Assembly: GCA_951406725.2 (NCBI GenBank)
Contig: OX597826.1
Coordinates: 45,570,001 to 45,634,000, forward strand
DNA: 64,000 bases
Source: Octopus vulgaris
Taxonomy: Eukaryota
Reading direction: 5' to 3'
Below, in pieces: positions 47,220-61,380 of this stretch. The notes beneath the pieces were generated by a model. The model was given only the letters and a program-made list of their open reading frames with translations, ran no database searches and was not told the DNA's origin. The translations under genes and the position numbers were made by a program. Each line of letters opens with the position of its first letter. The first letter of the stretch is position 1.

Positions 47220-47725
47220 CTTTTCCTCTCCCCTCCACCGTTCTCTAGCTGTCCGTCTCTCTTTCTCACTCTTCCTCTTCTCCTCTCTCGTTGCTCACAT
47301 GTGACCATCGGCCATCTTTCTTTTCGTAACTCGAGCTTCTTTCTTTCCTTTTGATCTGCCACACAGATCAGATGCATTCTTGACTGTCTCCTCTCCTATC
47401 TTTTCTCCTATCAAAGCTTGTTCCTCCAGCGGTCGCCACCTCACCTCGTTTTGGCTTAGTAGCCCTTACTGTTTATTTTCACTGTCCTGTTTTTGTTACC
47501 AGCTTTGACCCTTCGCAAATCCCAAATTTTATTTTGCTTTGCGGGAGCAAGTGTTTTCTTATCGTAATTGGGCGAAATGTGGGGTAGATAAACAGTCGAC
47601 AACTGCTGAAGGGTCGTTCTTTATGTTAATTTACTTGTTTTCCATTTGTTTTATTTTTTCGTTGTTCGCAAAAAAGTTCGTATTTCGTATTTCATGTTGT
47701 TTACGTTTTATGACGTCCTTTACCC
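47220..47725 (+). repeat. Pyrimidine-rich repeat, possibly a Penelope-like 3' region
   Basis: cacatgtgaccatcggcc resembles the reverse complement of 1030-1046; ends in (TA)n. Confidence 0.3.
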
Positions 47726-47781
47726 ATATATGCATGTGTATATATATATATATATAGTATATATATGTATATATATATATA

Positions 47782-47818
<37 letters not shown>

Positions 47819-47840
47819 TGTGCATATATGTATGTATATA

Positions 47841-47879
<39 letters not shown>

Positions 47880-47999
47880 TTACATTACATTATATTATAT
47901 TATATATATATATATATATATATATTACATTACAATTTATTATATATATATATATATAAATATATATATATAAATAAATAATAAATTGTAATGTAAATA

Positions 48000-48038
<39 letters not shown>

Positions 48039-48270
48039 GTTTTACCAAGAATCTGTCACCTTTCCAAAGACTCCATATTTCTTTCGCACAAGTAGATATA
48101 GTATTAAATTCCCAACGCGAACTATCACACGGCATGGAATTTTGTCAGTGAACAGGTCGCGGTTTCAAAGCGACGAAAATATTTTGGGAAATTAAATTTA
48201 AATGTTGAAGTGAATCTACCGGTTTTTGTGTGTTTTTAAATGGCTTATAAACACCTTCCCCGCTGCAATT

Positions 48271-48301
<31 letters not shown>

Positions 48302-48839
48302 CTCCGCGGGACCACTCTTCCATCTTCCCCTCCGCTGGAGTCCTTTTCCTAACCCCCCCCCTTTTTTTCGTTACACACACGCGCACACATATACACACAT
48401 TGCTTAAACATATACATCACTCTTACACACATTCAATCTACTCGCCACTAATACTACCACGACACTGGACACACACACACACTACTACTCAACACACGCT
48501 GGCACGCTACCTACGCCCCCACCCCTTCCCCTCCCTCCCTTCCTCCTTCCTCCCTTTTCTCACTACTGACCTTTGTCTGCTATGCTGCTGCTATGCTGAC
48601 CACCGTCTCGCCCTACCTCACACGCCTACACACAGACGCACACACTAACACATACATATATTTTTTGTTTTTTTACCTCGCCTCACACACACACATACAC
48701 ACACGCACACGCACACACTCACACATACACACACATCTGTTGCGTTACCAACCTTGTCTCCACTCTTTTGCCTTTAAAAACCCACTTTGCTCTTGTTATC
48801 GTAAACATCCGCCTTTCACCATGTGCTACTGCTAACACC

Positions 48840-49030
48840 AGCCGTTTTTTCTCTATCTCCGTTGCCCGCTCCGGGATCTTTCTTTCCTCTCTCTTCCTTC
48901 TTTATGTTTCCGACGAAGAGCTCCGCTCGAAACGTCATACCTCCCTGCTTCCATTTCCTGAGCGCCTATTAATAATAATACTGTAATTGTTCCCTTGTTG
49001 TTGTTTTTTTGTTTCCCGTTTGGATTAAAA
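48840..49030 (+). mobile_element. Penelope-like pseudo-LTR P1, third copy, hammerhead at 48906-48940
   Basis: gttt-CCGACGA-A-GAGC tcc GCTC-GAAAC-GTC/atac. Confidence 0.7.
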
Positions 49031-49051
49031 TTATATATATATATATATATA

Positions 49052-50297
49052 CAGGGTGTCCCCAAAAAATGTATACACACTTTAGCAGCTGATAACTCAA
49101 TTGATATTTTTTATTTCCAGATGAAACCTATAGAATTTAATGATGGCAGTCAGATTAAGCTTTGAACAAAGAAAATTCATTCTAAAATGATACTGGAAGT
49201 GTGAAAATACAGTTGAAGTGCAAAAACAGTTGGGGAGGGAGTTTCAAACAGATCCACCAATGCAACTCCCTATCACTTGAATTAGAGATAAGTTTGAAGC
49301 TGATGGAACTGTTCAGAATGTCCACGATAAGCATTCCAGAAGACCCCGAACATCAACAACACCAACAAAGCAAGGAGTACTGGAAATGAATCACCAAAGT
49401 CCAAGAAAATCTGTGCGGCAAAGCGAGTCATGAGGTAGGTATTCCAAAATCATCTGTCCAATGCATTTTGAAGCATTGTCAATGGAAAAGTTACATTCCA
49501 AGATTAGTCCATGCTATTAATGATGATGATCCAGACAAAAGAGTGCAGCATTGCGAGTGGTACTTGGAACGATTTGTAGAAGCTGCACACTTTCCAACAA
49601 AGATTGTGTGGAGTGATGAAGCCACATTCAAATTAAATGGTTCAATTAACTGCCACAATTGCACCTACTGGGGTCCTGAGAATCTGCATGTTATGGTGAA
49701 ACACCATGTTAATTTGATATTTGTGTGGTGTGGTTTATCATGAAGAGGATTAATTGGACCATTCTTTTGTTATGCTACTGTGACTGGTCCCGTTTACTTG
49801 AACTTGTTGCAACAGTCTGTTATGCCAAGCATAAGAGAAGACTTTGAAGATGAGGAGTTTTATTTTCAGCAAGATGGGGCACCCTCACACTGCCATTGCT
49901 ATGTTAGATCCTTCCTTGATGAGATCTTGCTAAACAGGTGGATTGGATGAAGAGGTATGGTTGAATTCACCAGACCTCACACCACTAGACTTTTTTATGG
50001 GGATACCTTAAAGACAAATTCTACGCTATGAAACCTACAAGTCGCTGATTTGAGAGCAGCCATTGGACGAGAGTGTACACAAATACCAAACAAATTCTTT
50101 TGTGATATTTGTGATTCCATTCCTTTGTGTTGTCAGCAGTGCCTGGACCAAACCGGACATCAGTTTGAAAACAGGCATTGACAAAACAATAAAATAATGT
50201 CTGTAGATTCTATTTAAGTTTGAAAATGAAGTATCTTTTAATAAACAACTACTTTACAATTGTTTAAAGTGTGCATACAATTTTTTGGGACACCCTG
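49052..50297 (+). mobile_element. Near full-length DD41D-type Tc1/mariner transposon with decayed transposase
   Basis: TIRs cagggtgtccccaaaaaatgtatacacacttta / taaagtgtgcatacaattttttgggacaccctg with TA flanks; [27 protein letters not shown]. Confidence 0.9.
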
Positions 50298-52554
50298 TAT
50301 AAATACGTCAAGTCTCCATGCATTTTCCATCTATCACATTCACTAACAAGACATTTATCGGCCTGTGCATTTATGAGCTAAACCCGAAATCATGAGGTAA
50401 GGGAACGAATTTCTGAACTACACAGCCATAACCGCGCGAATACATTCTATATTATATCGCTGGTCTCAGTCGTTTGATGCGACCATGCTGGGGCATGACT
50501 GTCAGGGGCTTAGAGTCAAATTCATTAAGCCTAGTACTTTTCTTATTGATTAGTTTGTCAACACTCTAAGTTGATACAGGTAAAATCTTCCTTTGCGTAA
50601 AGAGATACCAATATGAATCAAAATTTTATTAGTTTCTTCTTCGATGCACCGATTTTCGATTCTACACCGATGTGCATATGTGTATATTCGTGTGTAAATC
50701 TCTGTGCGTCATACCGATAGCATACGAGAACTAGGTAGAAATGGCGAAGTTTTAATTCGAACACGCTACTTTAGTTAATCATTGTTTTCTGATATGCTAA
50801 AAAGAATACAACAAACATGTCAAACTGCTAACACGTAAAATAACGAACATTAATTGTGATATTAAATTGAAAGTCCTTGAGAAAAGCAGGCCTTATATAA
50901 ATAATACAAAACGATTGTCATTTATGCGTGGGTAATAAAACTCAGACAAAAAAAAAGCAAAAATAATTCCGTGAATTATCTACAAAATCTGAGCTTCTCA
51001 CCAAATGTCACAACATCGGGAAATTATTCTTTAAGTTCTGAAAATTCGCATCACTGTAGAATAAAACAGAGAAACATGAAATAAACAGTTTCACTCTCTT
51101 TGTTAATTGACAATACTTTTATATAGAACTTCACATCATTGCAAGATAACATTTTGGACACCGCCTTTGCTAATTGACTCATCTATTATTATTCCTCGAT
51201 CCAATTCAACACTTAAATACACCTAAATCAAACCACAAGTGTCCTTTCCGTTGATAATCTTACACCTAAGTCCTGTTGGAGAAACAGTAAGTGATTTATG
51301 CCCTTTATATCATCTTATGACAGGATTTATTGTCTTCCGTTCGGGATAAACATAATATAACTTCCATTTGGATGCCCCTTAAAATACTTATGTATATCAG
51401 TGGATGATGTAAACCAGTCATAGACAAACTGCAGCCCACATGACTTTCTGAATGGCACACCTGAAAAGAAATTACCTCGAATTTCTTTCGATGTGCAGGC
51501 CGCCCGATGAGGAGCCATGTTTCATGCGGCCAGCTTCTCAAAACAAGTTGCCCACATGTCCGATGTAGACTCAAATGCAAAATCAGTACTCTTCAAACAC
51601 AAATTATTTGCCAGAGGAAAAGCTTCTGCACAAAATTAGATATACATTTTTTTTGCCAATCTTGTCGGCTGAAATGCAGTACAGTAGTAAATAACCCGTT
51701 AGAAACCTGTGACCACTTACAGTAGTAAATAAAATGAACTAAAATACATTACACAAGTCCTTTGTACCACAATCCGCTGCGTATATTTTGTTTTTAAGGT
51801 TTTAAGAGAATTAAGAGAATTTAGCTGCTATACCTAGCAAGGCTAAGAGTCAGGTAAAAACTTCTTCATTGGCTGCTTGTGTTTCATGACTAAATGTGAA
51901 GTGTGAATTTATTTCAGAATACTTTGTTTATAGCAATTTGTTTATACTCTGGTATTTTTTTTTCTCTAATTGATGACAGTAGCACACATATTTGTTGCTA
52001 CCGCTTTCATGTTTTCACCTTCAACTTACAAACTTTTTAATTCTCGTAACATATTTTTTTTTAATGTACTCATCCTCCACATAATCAAACATAACTTGCT
52101 ATACCATTAATATTTTTTCCAATAGTCAACACAGTAAATTGGAACTAATGTAGTATTCATTTCATCTATTACCAATAAAACACTTGGCTAGAGAACTGAT
52201 TCGGTGATTGATCAAGCATCAAACGGATCCAATGCTAGCAAATATGTCTACACAACAACTTCCAAATAGTCAAACATTTACACAAAAAATTTTAGGCCTG
52301 CAATTCTTAGTTTGTATAAGTTTAACAAATACCATAAAACTCCAAACATAATACACTGCTATGTGCATATAATACGCTACCATTCATGATATGCTGCTGT
52401 GTATAAGACGCTAGCATGTATAACATACATCTATTTACGGGACCTAATTATCATATAAACTTTATAATATCATGTATATCATGCAACGAAGGGGAGATAA
52501 TCTACCAAAGTCCAAATTGTTAACTGATTTTAATATTTTATTACTTTATTGTTA

Positions 52555-52960
52555 AGGCGGCGAGCTAGGAGAATCGTTACCACGCCAGGCAAAATGTTTA
52601 AATTCCGCCGAGGTTGGCTTTACCTTTCATCCTTTCGGGGTCGATAAATTAAGTACCAGTGAAGTACTGGGGTCGATATGATCGACTACCTCCTTCCCCC
52701 AAATTTCAGGCCTTGCATCTATAGTAGAAAAGATAATTATTAAGGCGGTGTGCTGACAGAATCGTTAGCACGCCGGGCAAAATGTTCAGCAGCGTTTCGT
52801 CCGTATATACGTTCTGAGTTCAAATTTTACTGCGGTCGACTTTGTTTTTCATCTTATCGGGGGTCGATAAAATAAGTACTAGTTTGTGCTCTGGGGTCGA
52901 TGTAATCGTCTTATCCCTAGTCCAAAGTTTCAGGCCTTGTTCCTATTGTAGGAAGGGATA
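52555..52960 (+). mobile_element. Two tandem SINE C copies
   Basis: Heads aaggcgg at 52554 and 52742. Confidence 0.8.
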
Positions 52961-52994
52961 TTTTATTATTTAATATAAAATAAATTAATATATA

Positions 52995-54655
52995 GGTGCA
53001 GGAATGGTTGTATGGTTAAGAAACTCCCTTTGCAACCACTTGGCTTCGGGTTCAATCCCACTGCATAAAATCCTTTAGCAGGAATTTTTTACTATACCAC
53101 CGGGTCGGTCAATACTTTGTGAGTGAATTTGATAGATAAAAGCTGTGTGGAAGCCGGTCGTATACAGGAGATGGACAAAATAATGGAAACACCTTAAATT
53201 TTCAAACAAATTTATTTTAATATGGGGTAGAACTGCCTTTGGCAGTAATTACAGCTTGAATTTTACGAGGCATAGACTCATACAAAGTTTGAATTGTTTC
53301 CCAAAAAATTTTGGTCCATTATTCGGCTAAAACAGTCTCCAGTTCTTGTAGTGATGATGGAAAAGGATATTGACTCCTTACTTGTTTTTCTAAAATGCAC
53401 CATAAATATCCAATAATATTGAGATCTGGGGACTGTGGTGGCCAGATGAGATGTTCAACTTCACTAGAATGTTCCTCGGGCCATTCAGTAACAACTTTAG
53501 CTATGTGAATTACTACATTTTCAACCAGAAAAAGTGCGATTCCCTCCGGAAACAGTTCTGCAACCATAGGATGAATTTGATCAGATAAAATGCTTAAATA
53601 GTCTTGACTATTTATTCTGCCATGAAGGGAAACTATTGAGCCGGTGGATTTTCAAGATATAGCCGCCCGCCCCACCTCAAATCATCACAGATCCTCGTTC
53701 TAACAGTTGGAAGAAGGCAGTCTGGGTCAAATGCTTCTTTTGGCTGTCTCCACACGTATACTCGGCGGGTGGTCGGGAATAAGGTAAAGGATGACGCGTC
53801 CGAGAAAATAATATTCTTCCACTGCTCTAGGGACCAATTCTGTAGGTTTTTACTCCACTCTAAACGCTTTGCAACGCTTGTTTTTGAAAGTAGTAGTTTT
53901 CTGATTGCATCTTTACGCAGCTCCCGGCGAGTAGTTTTTGTGGAAACTGGGTTCTTGAGGTGGTCATTAAGCTCTTCAGTAATTTTAGGAGATGTACTTT
54001 TGTGATCCTTTCTAACAATTCGCATAAGAGCCCAACGGCCCCCATCTGAAAGTTTTGGTTTTCTTCCGGAGTTTTGTTTCGACGAGGAGGTTTTTCCCTC
54101 TTTCTCAAAGGCTGTTATTACTTTCGAGAAAGTACTTGATACAGCAAACATTTCAGCTGTTTTCGTTATGCTAGCGCCTTCCATACGAGCATTAACCTCT
54201 TTGAAAGTCCGATAGAGCTGTCATTTTAATGAATTTTAATTGCCTTTTTTGATAATTGGAAAGAAACAGCAATTTTAGCAAAACATTAAGCAACACTAAT
54301 AATAAATCAAAAACAAAAAAATTAACAAGCTTTGATGGTTTTATAGATATTTCAAAATTATGATGCTATGATGCTAGGTGTTTCTATTATTTTGCTCAAC
54401 CCCTGTATATACATATATATGTGTGTGTGTGTTTCTTTTTGTTTGTACTTGTATCCACCAATGCACACTGACAAGCCAACCAGTGTTGGTTTGCTTACGC
54501 TCCCGTAACTTTGCGATACGGCAATACAATAAGTAATGAATACAATAAGTAATGAAAAACTAAAAATTAATATTAGGGCCAATTTGTTCGACTAAACCCT
54601 TCATAGAGGTTCACTCCCACTAGCACAGCCATAGTCCAATGATTGGAACAAATAA
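52995..54655 (+). mobile_element. Diverged SINE A split by a Tc1 insertion
   Basis: Head 52995-53160; tail 54420-54655. Confidence 0.65.
53165..54405 (-). mobile_element. Tc1-like (DD34E-type) transposon with decayed transposase
   Basis: TIRs caggagatggacaaaataatggaaacacct / aggtgtttctattattttgctcaacccctg; SGRKPKLS, WKNIIFSDAS, WPPQSPDLNII. Confidence 0.9.
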
Positions 54656-54864
54656 AAAAAAATTAATAACAATAATCTAAAAAATAAAACATTTATTCAT
54701 TATCATGTTATTTGCTTTAGTTTGTTAATAAAATTTGGTGGGTTAAAACTTCATAACATGATACCATGTTATAATGAGAATTCTTCACTTTACTTCACAT
54801 TTTAGTGAAACGAAAAGTGAAGCGTATTATATTGTAAATGTGATTCGTTCACATTCGTCGCTCT

Positions 54865-55208
54865 TTTCAAGCCTAGCCAGGCTCATGGGCCCGGTTTCCC
54901 GGTTTCTGTGGCGTATGTGCTCCCCCCAGCTGGGCGGGACGCCCGTCCTTTGCAGTAAATGCACCCTTTTAAAGCCTAGCCAGGCTCATGTGCCCGATTT
55001 CCCGATTTCAAACGTGAATGTGTTCCCTAGCTGGACGGGACACCAGTCCATCGCAGCGTTACTCATTTTCGCCAGCTGAGTGAACTGGAGCAACGTGAAA
55101 TGAAGTGTTTTGTTCAAGAACACAGCGCCTCGCCCGGTCCAGGAATCGAAACCACAATCTTACGATCATGATGCTGACACCCCTAACCCCTAAGCCATGC
55201 GCCTCCAC
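54865..55208 (-). mobile_element. SINE family D-like with duplicated 3' tail
   Basis: aagcctagccaggctcatg occurs twice (~54869 and ~54971). Confidence 0.8.
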
Positions 55209-55364
55209 TTTTAAATGTGAGGTTTACCATAACTAAACGCATATCGTCCCTGTAAAATACCTCACCTCATATAGTAGAGAGTTAAACCTTTCGAGAACCT
55301 TTCGAAGCAACTAAACAATTAGTAGCTAAGTCGTTTTCACAAGCGAATTACACGAATTTATATT

Positions 55365-55463
55365 TTACTGTTTTTCTTCTAATTACCTTATACCTACATT
55401 TCCTTCTAATTACGTTATATTTATATTTTCTTCTAATTAATTTATATTTATATTTTCTTCTAA
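55365..55463. repeat. ~27-bp minisatellite (ttctaattaccttatatttatattttc)
   Basis: Three to four imperfect units. Confidence 0.75.
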
Positions 55464-55633
55464 TGTTTCTGTGAAACTGGGGCTCTAGTTTCATATATAT
55501 ATATATGTATATACATATATACATATATATACATATATATATACATATATATATATACATACATACATATATATATGTATGTATGTATATGTATGTATGT
55601 ATGTATGTGTGTGTAAGTATATATATATCTATA

Positions 55634-55685
<52 letters not shown>

Positions 55686-55877
55686 TATATTCTTACGCTA
55701 TATTTATTTGTTTTTCTGCTGTTCATTAAATACAATTTCTGTTCAGACTAGTACAGAAATCGTATCTTCTGCATAACAACAACAAGGAAAAGAACAACAA
55801 CAGCAACAACAAACAACAACAACAACAACAACCACAACAACAACAATAACAACAACAATAAGAAGAATAATAGTAAA

Positions 55878-56317
55878 AGGCAGCGAGCTGGCAGAAACGT
55901 TTGCACGCTGGGCGAAATGCTTAGCGCTGTTTCGTCTGTCTTTACGTTCTGTGTTCAAATTCCACCAAGGTTGACTTTGCCTTTCATCCATTCGGTATCT
56001 ATAAATTAAGTACCAGTTGCGTACTGGAGTCGATCTAATCGACTGGCTTCTCTCCAAAAATTTCGAGCCTTGTGCCTAGAGTACAAAAGGATAATAATAG
56101 TAATGATTTCCAATTTTAGCTCAAGGCCAGCAAGTTCGGAGGAGGGAGTATGTCGATTACATCGACCCAAGTATTCAACTGGTACTTACTTTATCAACTC
56201 CGAAAGGATGAAAGGCAAAGTCGACCTCGGCAGAATTTGAACGCGGAACATAAACACGGACGAAAGGCTGCTAAGTATTTTGCCCAGTTTGTTAACGATT
56301 CTGCAAACTCGCTGCCC

Positions 56318-56356
<39 letters not shown>

Positions 56357-56460
56357 TTCTAATGTTGGCACCAGGCCTGAAAATTTGGGTTAATTCGATT
56401 ACATCAAGCCCAGTACTCAAATGGTACTTATTTAATCGATTCCGAAAAGATAAGGGCAAA
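55878..56460. mobile_element. Cluster of SINE C copies (plus, minus, minus partial)
   Basis: Family C motifs; first two are tail-to-tail. Confidence 0.8.
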
Positions 56461-56479
56461 CCTTCATGTTTCGCGTTGA

Positions 56480-57465
56480 AGAACTGGTCTAATGCCATTC
56501 TCGTTGCTAACACGTCGGTTGTAATGCCTCGTCTATTTTAGCTACTAATCCATCCTCTTTTCTATTTTTTTCTAACGCTATTTCTTTGCTAAACCCTATC
56601 GACATTACTCTAATCTCTCTTTTGAGAGCCGCCCACCAGCTGTCGTTGACGACACCCCCTGTCAACTTCTGCTTAACTAAATTGCTGACCCGGTCCCTAA
56701 ATGTCTTACGTGCCGGAAACGACATATTCAGCTTCCAGGGACCTAGTCTACGCGCCTTATCTAGGTCGACCTTATCTAAGTCGACCGTACAGATTACAAA
56801 TTTATGGTCTGAATAGGCGACCGTTTTAAAAAGTGGACACCCTACACTATTATTATCTATTTTTCTGGTGAAAATCCTATCTATATACGATCTAGATGAC
56901 CCTAAGCGGTTGATTTAGGTCCACACTGGCGCATTAGCGAAATCTTGTCGGTACATGTCAGACAGCTGGAACTGGCTGATCAGATGCTTGAGGCTTTTGC
57001 ACCTATCAGCTACTCCCACACAATCCCAACGTTGATCTAAGATCCCGTTCCAATCCCCTACAAACAGTAAAGGGCGAGATGTACCTAGTAAGGCTTCCAG
57101 ACGCCTAAATAAATCTGACCGTTTGGCTCCGGTTGGAGCGTAGATGGTCACCAGTCTAAAGGCATTACCTTGCTCACGTCCAAAACCACCAACCTCCCGT
57201 CCAGGTCCCGGAAGATCGACTTTACCTCAAGATCCAGTTCTTTCCTTAACAGCACTGCCACTCCACCTCCCATTCCCGGACTAACAGATGCAAAGACCTG
57301 ATAGTCGTCGAACTTGGGGGCCAGTGCGCGTGTATTAGAAATCCTGGTTTCACTGACAGCAATTATACCTAATTCTAGAGACCTAAGGTCGTTGAGCAGG
57401 CGTCCCTGCTTCAAGGGTGACCCCAGACCTCGCACATTTAAAAATCCTACTCTTAGTATGGCCAT
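56480..57465 (-). pseudogene. Tx1/L1-like LINE ORF2 APE endonuclease region, truncated before RT
   Basis: FLNVRGL, VSETR, DGRLVVLD, IYAP, VGDWN, SYIDRIF, SDHK, WKLN. Confidence 0.88.
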
Positions 57466-57539
57466 ATTGGCAAACTAAAGAGAGAAAGGAAAGGTTTTCT
57501 TACCTCCTATTGTCTTGTGAAGGTCGGATCCATAGTTGT

Positions 57540-58795
57540 TTTTAGGGAATCCCTTTAAGAGTCTCGTTGTGGGTCTCACGTTGGGGGTTCCCACGTCCTC
57601 CGGAAAGCGGGAATCTGTATCGAATTATTGTGTAGGAATCGAGTGACATTCGCACCAGAAGTAAATCTTCTGGTACACGAAATGTGTTCAATTCGAAGGT
57701 CACCCCCCCCCCCATCACCACTCGTTTCAAATACCGCGTTTTGTGTTACGAGTGCCATCAGTTCCTCGTCGTTCCTTCTGATGAGTACAAAGTTGGGTGT
57801 TTTGTGTTGGTATTGTTTAATTTCTTTGCTTGACTGGAGTGGTTGGGTGTTGGTGTTTCTATTGTTTCTGTGTGTGCTGTGAGTGTGGCGTCTGCAGTTT
57901 TAGATGTTTGTGTGAGTGTCTGTTCCTGTTTACGTTGTTTACGTTTGAGGGATTCTGGTGATAGCGACTGTGTTGGTTGTGTCTGTGATGGTGTTTTGGG
58001 GGAGATGTTTGCGTGGGTGGTACTTGTATTTTTCATTGTGGGTGTTGTTATGCTTTGTGGAGTTTTTCTTTTATGCCTTTTTTTTTTTGGCCCTTTCTTT
58101 CGGTTTTCCTTCATCTTCACTACTTGAAGAAGAAGGGTCTGTTGCTGTAAGTGTGTCTGTGAGTATATGTTTATAATCTTGTTCATGTGTGTATTTTTGT
58201 TTGGTGTGAGGGATGGGAGAGCTTTCTTTGTTTCCCACTAAAGTGGTTAATGCCTTTCTTTGATGTTGTTGCTAGTAGTTTTGCCGGTGCTGGTGATGTT
58301 TGTGTTTCTCGTCCCGGCGTAGGCAGCAGTTGAGGCCGTAGGCGGTAGCGAGCAGCCAAATGAGTCGTTTCTCCACACGTGAAACAATGAGGCCTTTTGC
58401 CCTCAGTCATGATATGTATCACCGTCCCGTTCTGGAGACGGATGTGGTCTGGGATTTTTTTTAATGTTTTCGGGTTTGATCTGGAGAAGTATCTACAGGT
58501 CAATCCCTGACCATTCCTTCCTGGTAGTTCTTGTCGCCTCTGTAGGGACAATATCCGTCCCCTCCACGATTACGCATCCCAGAAACCACCAAATATCTAG
58601 TCCTGCGGGGATTTTAGGAATGCAGACACGGGCTGTACGTTTCTCCGTGTGTGTGTGGGGGGGGGGGGTACATGATGACCTTGCTAGTTTTACTGAGGGT
58701 CATTGAATGTTTCACAGCGAAGGCTTCTGATTTTAACAGCACCGAAATGATACCGTATTGTTTGCCCTTCGCTATAAAGCGAAAGTGAATTTGCT
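57540..58795 (-). pseudogene. Tx1/L1-like LINE ORF1, decayed
   Basis: Upstream of ORF2; knuckle CFTCGETTHLAARY followed by a T/Q/K/P-rich tail. Confidence 0.65.
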
Positions 58796-58812
58796 AAATG
58801 ATTGAAACCATT

Positions 58813-58980
58813 AGGCGCAGGAGTGGCTGTGTGGTAAGTAGCTTGCTAACCAACCACATGGTTCCAGGTTCAGTCCCACTGCGTGGCCCCTTGGGCAAGT
58901 GTCTTTTGCTATAGCCCCGGGCCGACCAATGCCTTGTGAGTGGATTTGGTAGACGGAAACTGAAAGAAGCCTGTCGTATA

Positions 58981-59037
<57 letters not shown>

Positions 59038-59253
59038 TTGTGTGTCTGTGTTTGTCCCCCTAGCATTGCTTGACAACCGATGCTGGTGTGTTTACGTCCC
59101 CGTCACTTAGCGGTTCGGCAAAAGAGACTGATAGAATAAGTACTGGGCTTACAAAGAATAAGTCCCGGGGTCGATTTGCTCGACTAAAGGCGGTGCTCCA
59201 GTATGGCCGCAGTCAAATGACTGAAACAAGTAAAAGAGTAAAGAGTAAAGAGT
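58813..59253 (+). mobile_element. SINE family A, full length
   Basis: Similarity to other copies. Confidence 0.9.
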
Positions 59254-59732
59254 ATTATGTTCATTTGATTCAAGAATGGGAAGAAAGCAGTTGGAAAGTT
59301 TAAAAAAAAAATACAGCCCTTTAAAATTTGAGATTGTGTGGATTTCGAACATGAAATCTGTAAAGTTTGTACCTGTGATTAATTGGTACAGTGGAAACAG
59401 TGAGCAATAACATGGATAAATTGATAAAGGAGAAGGGAATGGAAAGTCTTGTTTGCCCCTTAGGAACAAGAGATATCACCAGATAGGATTTGAGCGCTTG
59501 GTGGTTTAGTGAAATCATCTGGATATTTAAGGTTACAGATAATAACCTGCAACCTATTCTAACAGGAACAACACCAAATTTGAGTCAAGTCAAATAACAA
59601 CAACAACGACTGCGATACCAGGCCCATATGACCCACACATACATCCTTTTTCTTCATTAGGGAATATGTCACTTTCTTTTTTAAAAAAAAACTACAAGTA
59701 TATTCAGTCAAGACAGATATTTTTACTATTAC

Positions 59733-59798
<66 letters not shown>

Positions 59799-59957
59799 CC
59801 TTTCTTCAATAATCTCAAGACTCTAAATTTTGGGGTGGGGTAGTGGGTTAGTCGATTACATCAGCCCCAGTGCTAAAATTGTACTTATTGGATACTGTTT
59901 TCAATAATAATAACAACAACAACAACAACAACAACAATAATAATAATAATAATAATG

Positions 59958-60014
<57 letters not shown>

Positions 60015-60526
60015 GTTCGTCTTTACGTTGGCTGCTTACATTTTGTGTCAGTGTAGTGTGAAATTCTAAAAGAATATATCGAGTTAAGATCAGAGAAAAC
60101 ATCTATGATTCTTTAGATCTACCGATTTAACTTTTGTCACATGATACCAATTATTCACAATAGGGAGAGGACTGTACTTGATTATAGATTATTTTCAGCT
60201 AAAACATTAGTTAAATACACTAATTAGTGTCTGCTTATGATGTAAAACTGAATGTAATATAAAATAATTCAATTATTATCAACTTACAAAATTAGAGCTG
60301 GAACAATATAAAAGAGAGTTTAAATATCGTCAGCCAACTAACAGCCAGATAGTATCTGACGGCCAAAATGATTCTAAGAAAGACTTTAATAGAGATGAGG
60401 CATAATTAGCAGCCGTCGAAACGATGATTACCGACGTGAGAACAGAAATGTTGGCCACGTAAATATCTTCATAGCGTTACCTTATTCTTACTCATACTGA
60501 TTCCATCAGTATTATTATTATTATTA

Positions 60527-60576
<50 letters not shown>

Positions 60577-61098
60577 GAGTGAGAGAGCAGTGCATGCCAT
60601 CAAAGTGACACTGGGGTAAAATATAAGAAGCCCAGTATATCCATCATGACTACCCGTCTGATAAGGATACACCAGGCACATGCATCACAACCATATGTGC
60701 GCGATATGGTGATCTCATAAAAAGATAAACAGCACATGACCTTGCAGGTGGGGCCCAGTTAGAATTTTCTTCAGGTTGAGTAGCCCATCCCGCTCAAAAG
60801 GCCCCTGAATAAGGGTTGTTTAAGGATGTTGAAAGAACCACCCATGTTTCCAGAGGTGAATTATTCAAACCCCAAAGAATCCCTCTCAACACATGGCTAT
60901 GATGCTCCCCCACTACTTCTACTCGTGATCAGAGATGCACATATCGTCAGCCACTAAGGGACATGCTCAACTGGTTAAGGTCAAACAACTGACAAGCAAA
61001 TCTGTGGTATTGAGCAGAATATTTGCTGTAGCCCATCTTTTATACCAAGACAAAACAATGTACATGATAACACTTCCAATCAGTTAAGATCAGAAGCC
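60577..61098. mobile_element. Second, inverted copy of the 10404-10952 element in a (TTA)n array
   Basis: Reverse-complement match over ~520 bp. Confidence 0.85.
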
Positions 61099-61112
61099 GT
61101 TATTATTATTAT

Positions 61113-61240
61113 TATTGGAACAGCTCAAGCGTTCCAGAGAGTGCTTGAAAAATAAAAGGGTGCTACTTCAGTTCACCGGTAGGGAACAGCTGACACCGTA
61201 ATAAATCCCTAGCATTAGGAACCGTACAAAGAAAACATAA
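61113..61240 (+). mobile_element. Probable 3' end of a second RLE retrotransposon family
   Basis: GTAQAFQRVLEK* resembles GTAHILRKILSM*; short UTR then taa-like repeats. Confidence 0.45.
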
Positions 61241-61380
61241 TGATAGTAGTAATCCTTTCTACTATAGGCACAAAACTTGAAATTTGGGGTGAGAGTTTTA
61301 GTCGAAATTTCTTCGACCCCAGAGCACATTTAGTGCTTATTTTATAGACCCCCGAAAGGCTAAAAAGACAAAGTCCCTTC

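Noticed and set aside
51305-51725. Complex, exon-like sequence with short ORFs
   Set aside because: No recognisable domain or consistent frame; cannot assign
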